Below, in pieces: positions 58,804 to 64,000 of a DNA stretch of 64,000 nucleotides. The first letter of the stretch is position 1, and each line of letters begins with the position of its first letter. Both the position numbers and the translations under genes were made by a program. Source of the stretch: Rickettsiales bacterium (GTDB taxonomy: Bacteria; Pseudomonadota; Alphaproteobacteria; Rickettsiales; UBA1997); contig JAGAUJ010000011.1 in NCBI GenBank assembly GCA_017620845.1, positions 189 through 64,188 of the forward strand, written 5' to 3'. Under the pieces are notes generated by a model, which saw nothing but the letters and a program-made list of their open reading frames with translations, had not been told where the DNA came from and did no database searches.

Positions 58804-61302
58804 ATGAGACTAAATATTGAAATTAATGAAAAGTTGCAAAATGCAATCAAAAAATATGCAAATAAAAACAATTTAACAATAAAAAATTTTATTACAACAG
58901 CAATAGAAAATGAAATTTATAAAAAAGATATAAAAATAGTAAATAATTTTTCAGTTGGCATAATTTGTGGCGGACCTTCCGCAGAAAGGGGAATTTCTTT
59001 AAATTCTGCGAGATCGGTTGCAGATCATTTGGAAAGTGAAAATATAGAAATAAAAGTATTTTATGTAGATAAACAATTAAATTATTATAAAATAAGTAGA
59101 AATCAATTATATTCAAATACACCATCAGATTTTGACTTTAAACTACAAGAAGATCAGTTATTATCAACACCAGATTTAATAAGTGAACTGAAAAATACAA
59201 CAATAGTTTTTCCAGTAATACATGGTGATTATGGTGAAGATGGAAAATTGCAAGAATTCTTGGAGAAAAATAATATTCCTTTTGTTGGTAGTGGAAGTGT
59301 TGCTTGTAAAAATAGTTTTAATAAAATAAATTGCACTAAAATATTAGATGATAATGGTTTTTACCATTTTCCAGCAGTTTCATTTAGTGAAAATAAAAAA
59401 GAAAATCATAAAATAATTAAAAGGTTTTTTGATTTAAATAAATTAAAAAAGGCTGTTGTAAAGCCTGCAAGTGGTGGTTCTTCAATAGGTGTTTATTGTG
59501 TTTATTCTTATGAAGAAGCAATAGATAGAATGGAAAAATTATTTAAAGATGGAACATCACAAGTTATTGTAGAGCCATTTTGTATTGGAACAGAGTTTAC
59601 AATTATTGTAACACAAAATATAAATAATGGAAAACCAGTTGCTTTGATTCCAAGTGAAATAGAAATGAAGTATGAAAATTACCAAATATTTGATTATAGA
59701 AGAAAATATTTACCAACTGCACAGACAAGATATTATACTCCAGCAAGATTTAATGAAAATGATATTACTAAAATAAGAAGTTATGCAGAAGAAGTATTTA
59801 ATCTAATGGGTCTTAGTGATGTTGTTAGAATGGATGGTTGGTTAATGAAAGATGGAAGGATATGGTTTTCAGATATAAATATTGCTTCTGGTATGGAACA
59901 AAATAGTTTTGTTTTTCAACAATCTTCAAGAATTGGTTTTAGTCATAAAGATTTTGTTTTATATATTTTAAAATCTGCTTGTTTAAGATATGGAATAAAA
60001 ATGCCAGAAGTTGCGACTAACGAAGATAAAAATAAAAAAAATGTGAATGTTTTGTTTGGTGGAATTAATGCAGAAAGACAGATTTCTTTAATGAGTGGAA
60101 CAAATATTTGGTTAAAATTATTGAAATCAAATAAATATTCACCAAAACCATATTTAATGGATAAAAATGGTGATGTTTGGTATTTGCCATATTGCTATAC
60201 CTTAAGTCACACGGTGGAAGAAGTATATGAGCATTGTTTGAATGCAGAAACAGAAATAAATAAAGTGCAATTTTTTATTGATGAAGTATGTAAGGACTTA
60301 CAAATAGAAAATTATAAAATGGAGTTGCCAGTAAAATATAGTTTTGAAGAATTTATGAAATTATCAAAAGAGCAAAATGCTTTTGTTTTTATTGGTTTAC
60401 ATGGTGGAAAAGGAGAGGACGGAACGGTTCAAAAAGCATTAAAGGAACACGGATTAAAATATAACGGATCCGACGAAGATGGTTCAAGATTAGGTATGGA
60501 TAAATATAAAACTGGCGAAGTTATTTCTAAATTAAATGATAGTGTTTTAATTACAGCACCAAAGATTCAGTTCAAATTAGATGATTTTGAAAATTATTCT
60601 TTAAAAGATTATGAAAGTTTTTGGAATAAAACTACAAAAGAATTAAGTTGTAATAATTTTATAATAAAACCAGCAACTGATGGAAGTTCAGCTGGCGCAG
60701 TTAGAATATTTGATGTTAATGAATTTAAAACTTATATTGATATTTTAGAAGAAAAAGCACCACATATTCCTGCAAATACTTTTAAAAATCAAACAACAAT
60801 AATTGAAATGCCAAGTAATAATGAGCAAAATTTCTTACTCGAGGCGTTTATAGAAACTGACGATATAGTTATTGAAGATAAAGATTTAATTTATGATAAA
60901 CGAAATGGCTGGTTAGAATTTACTGTTGGTGTTATTGAAAAAGACGGTATTTACCATTCATTTAATCCAAGTATAACAATTGCAGAAAATAAGGTGCTTA
61001 CTATCGAGGAAAAATTCCAGGGTGGAACAGGTGTAAATATAACTCCTCCACCAGAGTATATTGTGAATGCAAAATTATTGTCTCTAATTAAAGAAAATAT
61101 TGAGAAGGCTGCAAAGGCTATGAATTTAAAAAATTATGCAAGACTTGATATTTTTGTAAACAATATAACAAATAAGATAATTTTGATTGAGGCAAATACC
61201 CTTCCTGGTTTGACTCCATCAACAGTTATTTTTCATCAGGCTTTGGTTGACGGTATGAATCCAAGGGAATTTTTGGAAAAAATAATTGAGATGAAGGAAT
61301 AA
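58804..61302 (+). CDS. ddl: Fusion protein: RHH-like N-terminal segment plus two tandem D-alanine--D-alanine ligase (ATP-grasp) modules
   Basis: 832 aa from the ATG at 58804. The N-terminus is MRLNIEINEKLQNAIKKYANKNNLTIKNFITTAIENEI. Module 1 has GGPSAERGISL, HGDYGEDGKLQ, VKPASGGSSIGV, RMDGW and DINIASGME. Module 2 has GGINAERQISL, HGGKGEDGTVQ, IKPATDGSSAGA, RLDIF and EANTLPGLTPSTV. Confidence 0.8.
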   Translation: MRLNIEINEKLQNAIKKYANKNNLTIKNFITTAIENEIYKKDIKIVNNFSVGIICGGPSAERGISLNSARSVADHLESENIEIKVFYVDKQLNYYKISRNQLYSNTPSDFDFKLQEDQLLSTPDLISELKNTTIVFPVIHGDYGEDGKLQEFLEKNNIPFVGSGSVACKNSFNKINCTKILDDNGFYHFPAVSFSENKKENHKIIKRFFDLNKLKKAVVKPASGGSSIGVYCVYSYEEAIDRMEKLFKDGTSQVIVEPFCIGTEFTIIVTQNINNGKPVALIPSEIEMKYENYQIFDYRRKYLPTAQTRYYTPARFNENDITKIRSYAEEVFNLMGLSDVVRMDGWLMKDGRIWFSDINIASGMEQNSFVFQQSSRIGFSHKDFVLYILKSACLRYGIKMPEVATNEDKNKKNVNVLFGGINAERQISLMSGTNIWLKLLKSNKYSPKPYLMDKNGDVWYLPYCYTLSHTVEEVYEHCLNAETEINKVQFFIDEVCKDLQIENYKMELPVKYSFEEFMKLSKEQNAFVFIGLHGGKGEDGTVQKALKEHGLKYNGSDEDGSRLGMDKYKTGEVISKLNDSVLITAPKIQFKLDDFENYSLKDYESFWNKTTKELSCNNFIIKPATDGSSAGAVRIFDVNEFKTYIDILEEKAPHIPANTFKNQTTIIEMPSNNEQNFLLEAFIETDDIVIEDKDLIYDKRNGWLEFTVGVIEKDGIYHSFNPSITIAENKVLTIEEKFQGGTGVNITPPPEYIVNAKLLSLIKENIEKAAKAMNLKNYARLDIFVNNITNKIILIEANTLPGLTPSTVIFHQALVDGMNPREFLEKIIEMKE

Positions 61303-61373
61303 AGTTTATTTTACTAATTATTAATTGTATATTTAATATCTGTTGGTGTATAAATTGTTATTTCTTTACTAAA

Positions 61374-61398
61374 CAACCCACTGGAACAGCCAGTGGGT
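61374..61398. terminator. Bidirectional terminator hairpin
   Basis: The aacccactgg / ccagtgggtt 10-bp perfect stem has a 5-nt loop and lies between convergent genes. Confidence 0.7.
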
Positions 61399-61427
61399 TA
61401 TTATGAAATTAAGTTTATAATTTATGA

Positions 61428-61736
61428 TTAATAACCATAAACTCTTATACAATTACGAGTAATTAATCCGAAACTTTCTATTTTTGTATCGGAACTTACA
61501 ATTTTTTTAATTCCGCCATCTTCAATAGCCTTTATTAAATTTGCATCACCAAATGGTCCAAATAAACCAAGAATAGAAGTTGTGCAACTTTTTCCTATTT
61601 TTATATTTGATATATTAGTGAGATCGGCATCATTAAGTTGTATTGTATTAACAACTGGTTCATTTATTATTGAACAAGCAGATATGCCCAATACAGTAAA
61701 GCCGGCTATTAATAACTTTTTTATACTATTATGCAT
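61428..61736 (-). CDS. Small TRL-like lipoprotein
   Basis: 102 aa with the lipobox LGISAC. GKSCTTSILGLFGPFGDANLIKAIEDGGIKKI...RNCIRVYGY resembles the TRL-like lipoprotein family pattern. Confidence 0.55.
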   Translation of the reverse strand: MHNSIKKLLIAGFTVLGISACSIINEPVVNTIQLNDADLTNISNIKIGKSCTTSILGLFGPFGDANLIKAIEDGGIKKIVSSDTKIESFGLITRNCIRVYGY

Positions 61737-61845
61737 ATTTATATTACCGTAAATATTGTTAGATAGTAGTATTATAATATATAAATTATAAAAGTAAATA
61801 AAATTGTATTAAATATATTTAAAATAATTTTTATAAAAAAAATTG

Positions 61846-63537
61846 TTACAATTTTAAACTAATTCCAAATTTAATACTATTTTCTTTTTTACCTTTTTTG
61901 CCATCAAAGTCTTTATTATATATTCCCTTGCCACACATAAGGTAGGTGTCTAAATGATCTTTATTATAATTTAATACAAATCCAGTGCTGGACATAGTGC
62001 CGTATTTTTCTGGAACCTTATCTTTTACTTGACCGTAATCTAAAAATATTGTAAATTTTAATTTATTATCTAAAAAATTTGCGTAAAAATTATTGTTAAG
62101 ATAAAAACCTTCTTGACCACTTGTTGAATTATCCTTAAAACCTCTTATTGTATCACTATCTAATGATATTAAATTGGCAGTATTTTTAAGTACAAATTTT
62201 TTTATTTTTTGATAAGAAAATTGTAAATTGTAAAACCATAAATTTGTGATTTTACTATTGTAATTCATATCAAGTTTTCCAATGATTTTATCTTTTTTAC
62301 TAACATATATAATTGGCTTTATGGTTAATATTTTATTATTTAATGTGAATGTATTGTTAAAGTATAATTTAAAAATATGATCACTAAAATCTTTATCAAA
62401 TCTTACCATTCCATGTAGATGAAGTAGATACACATGTGTTGTATCAATTGTATCTAGTGTAGTTCTCTCAAATTCAATCGTAAAATCATTTTTGTATTTA
62501 TAGCTGTTATATATAACTCGATTAAGCAAGATAGCAGTATTGTGTTTTTTTTGATTATTGATAACATGTATAACTCCTCCATTAGTAATATGATGTATAT
62601 AGTGTGATCTATTATAATTTATGGCAAATGTATAATATATAAAAGGTATTAATAGGTTAATATTTAATGAATTTGAATATGAATCTTTATTATTGGTAAG
62701 ATCTGTTGTTGTATATTTTATTTGTAAGTTATTATTTGTTCCTAAAAAATCGTCTTGACTTAAAAATATAGAATATTTATCTCTTCCTATGTATTTGTTG
62801 CCCTCGTTATTATAATCAAGACCAACACTTGTTCTTCTTAGTTTTTTATTGTTGATTATTATGTCAGAGTAATTGTATTTATCTGTTTGTGGAGTTATTG
62901 ACATTGTTGCATTATTGCTTCTTAATTTATTAAATTGATCCAATAATAAATTAAGTTCATTTAAATTAAGTTCTTTATTTTTAAGATATGATTTTTGTTT
63001 ACCATTAATTGTAACCTTGTTAATTTTGCCAGTAACAGTATTAAATGTTATAGAACCATCATTTATTTTATCAATATCTATATAAACTACCGTTGTTACG
63101 TAGCCTTTACTGATAAAATAATTTAGTATTGTGTCTCTTAGAGACATTAAATTATTTTTGTTTAAGCATTTGTTTACATATTGTTTTTGTATATATTTGT
63201 TTAATTTATTGAATTTTATGCCATTTAATAGTATTTTTATTGTGTTAATTTGAATACAATTTGTATCGTTTATTGTTTCATCTATTTTTTCATTGTTTTT
63301 ATTATCATAATTGATTTCTCGTTTATTTTTGGCACGTTCTGATCTTGATTTTTTAATTTGAGTTATGGTGTTTTGTCTGTTTGTGTCTTCGTTTTTTTCT
63401 ATAATATCTCTTTGTCTATATATATCATTTCTTGTATTTATTATGTCACTTTCCATATTAACCTTTGCTTTGGATAATTGTGTAGATAAACAGAATAATA
63501 AAATCGTTGTAGATAATATAATTTTTTTCCCTAACAT
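61846..63537 (-). CDS. ShlB/FhaC/HecB-family two-partner-secretion (TpsB) outer-membrane transporter
   Basis: 563 aa with a signal peptide and a POTRA-like segment (..GYVTTVVYIDIDKINDGSITFNTVTGKINKVTINGK..). It has a LDYNNEGNKYIG..-type motif and a loop-6 IRGF motif. Confidence 0.75.
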   Translation of the reverse strand: MLGKKIILSTTILLFCLSTQLSKAKVNMESDIINTRNDIYRQRDIIEKNEDTNRQNTITQIKKSRSERAKNKREINYDNKNNEKIDETINDTNCIQINTIKILLNGIKFNKLNKYIQKQYVNKCLNKNNLMSLRDTILNYFISKGYVTTVVYIDIDKINDGSITFNTVTGKINKVTINGKQKSYLKNKELNLNELNLLLDQFNKLRSNNATMSITPQTDKYNYSDIIINNKKLRRTSVGLDYNNEGNKYIGRDKYSIFLSQDDFLGTNNNLQIKYTTTDLTNNKDSYSNSLNINLLIPFIYYTFAINYNRSHYIHHITNGGVIHVINNQKKHNTAILLNRVIYNSYKYKNDFTIEFERTTLDTIDTTHVYLLHLHGMVRFDKDFSDHIFKLYFNNTFTLNNKILTIKPIIYVSKKDKIIGKLDMNYNSKITNLWFYNLQFSYQKIKKFVLKNTANLISLDSDTIRGFKDNSTSGQEGFYLNNNFYANFLDNKLKFTIFLDYGQVKDKVPEKYGTMSSTGFVLNYNKDHLDTYLMCGKGIYNKDFDGKKGKKENSIKFGISLKL

Positions 63538-63779
63538 GCAATATTAATTTATAATATTAATTGTATATTAATGATACAATAATTTTTAGCATATGTCAAC
63601 AAATACGGATAATATTATAAATATTTGTTTTATGTGATGTGTGACATATATTTACATTAATTTTTAAAAATGATTTATATTATCTATATAATGTTATACA
63701 CTGATAAATTAAATTAATTGATTTTTTATTTATTCAATTATAAACTTCTTACAAATATGTTAACTATACAAAAATAAGC

Positions 63780-64000
63780 ATGAAAAAAATAAAAACAATA
63801 GTATTCCCAGTTGGTGGATTTGGCACAAGATTTTTGCCAGCAACAAAAGCAACCCCAAAAGAAATGTTACCAGTAGCAGAAAAACCCTTAATACAATATG
63901 CGTTTGAGGAGGCTTTAAATGCTGGAATTGAAAAGTTTATTTTTGTGACAGGAAGAAATAAAAACTCAATAGAAGATCATTTTGATAATGCATTTGAATT
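63780..64000 (+). CDS. galU: UTP--glucose-1-phosphate uridylyltransferase (3' end outside the window)
   Basis: [32 protein letters not shown] matches the GalU N-terminal signature. The ORF runs off the right edge. Confidence 0.9.
   Translation, partial: MKKIKTIVFPVGGFGTRFLPATKATPKEMLPVAEKPLIQYAFEEALNAGIEKFIFVTGRNKNSIEDHFDNAFE

Noticed and set aside
1-64000. I searched for tRNA, rRNA, tmRNA, SRP RNA, RNase P RNA, riboswitches and CRISPR arrays. The longer spacers checked were 3453-3934, 15094-15305, 17976-18115, 24114-24337, 37590-37846, 45712-45904, 48908-49254, 56255-56668 and 63538-63779.
   Set aside because: No T-loop-like GGTTCGAAT/GTTCAAATC in non-coding DNA, no conserved SRP, RNase P or tmRNA core strings, and no regularly spaced direct repeats were seen by eye. 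A covariance-model scan (Infernal/tRNAscan) would be needed to exclude small RNAs formally, especially in the 414-bp spacer 56255-56668.
1-64000. Possible alternative genetic code (TGA=Trp) as in some tiny AT-rich symbiont genomes.
   Set aside because: All recognisable genes are full-length under the standard bacterial code. Trp positions use TGG, and TGA terminates ORFs at expected lengths, including the lptA break, which a frameshift explains better.

Overview
This is a 64-kb stretch of a very AT-rich, tightly packed bacterial chromosome with short spacers and many overlapping stop/start junctions. I call about 55 protein-coding genes and found no rRNA, tRNA, CRISPR array, transposase or integrase. 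Several features suggest a reduced alphaproteobacterium, probably Rickettsiales-like, but this is inference, not proof. They are infA-maf adjacency, an alpha-type MerR regulator, an AddB-type nuclease, EF-G without the gamma-type insertion, a Com1-like DsbA, a lone GTA/HK97-like prohead protease, and autotransporter and TpsB barrels. Most genes are housekeeping: fhs, topA, hisS, ruvA, infA, maf, recJ, acpS, trmB, def, yebC, era, rho, rlmN, pip, the rpsL-rpsG-fusA operon, iscS, rph and galU. Envelope genes are lptF/G, lptA/B, lpxB, glycosyltransferases, an OmpA lipoprotein and a polysaccharide deacetylase. Two scattered type IV pilus/T2SS-like genes (pilC/gspF-like and pilT) and a five-gene OMF-HlyD-ABC2 exporter are also present. 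No classical mobile element or defence island is visible. The most unusual items are gene architectures: (1) an 832-aa protein with a ribbon-helix-helix-like N-terminus fused to two complete D-Ala-D-Ala-ligase modules; (2) a tandem peptide deformylase whose N-terminal copy has lost its metal ligands, sitting between yebC and pilC; (3) a free-standing ORF equal to only the C-terminal quarter of a type-2 isoleucyl-tRNA synthetase; (4) a 448-aa PP-loop-like protein with a Cys cluster in the slot after ruvA; (5) an Asn-rich 162-codon ORF in frame with rho, separated from it by one TAA flanked by A8/A9 runs; and (6) lptA split by a frameshift at a homopolymer, plus a decayed hexapeptide-repeat pseudogene. 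All family assignments come from motif recognition by eye. None has been confirmed by a database search.
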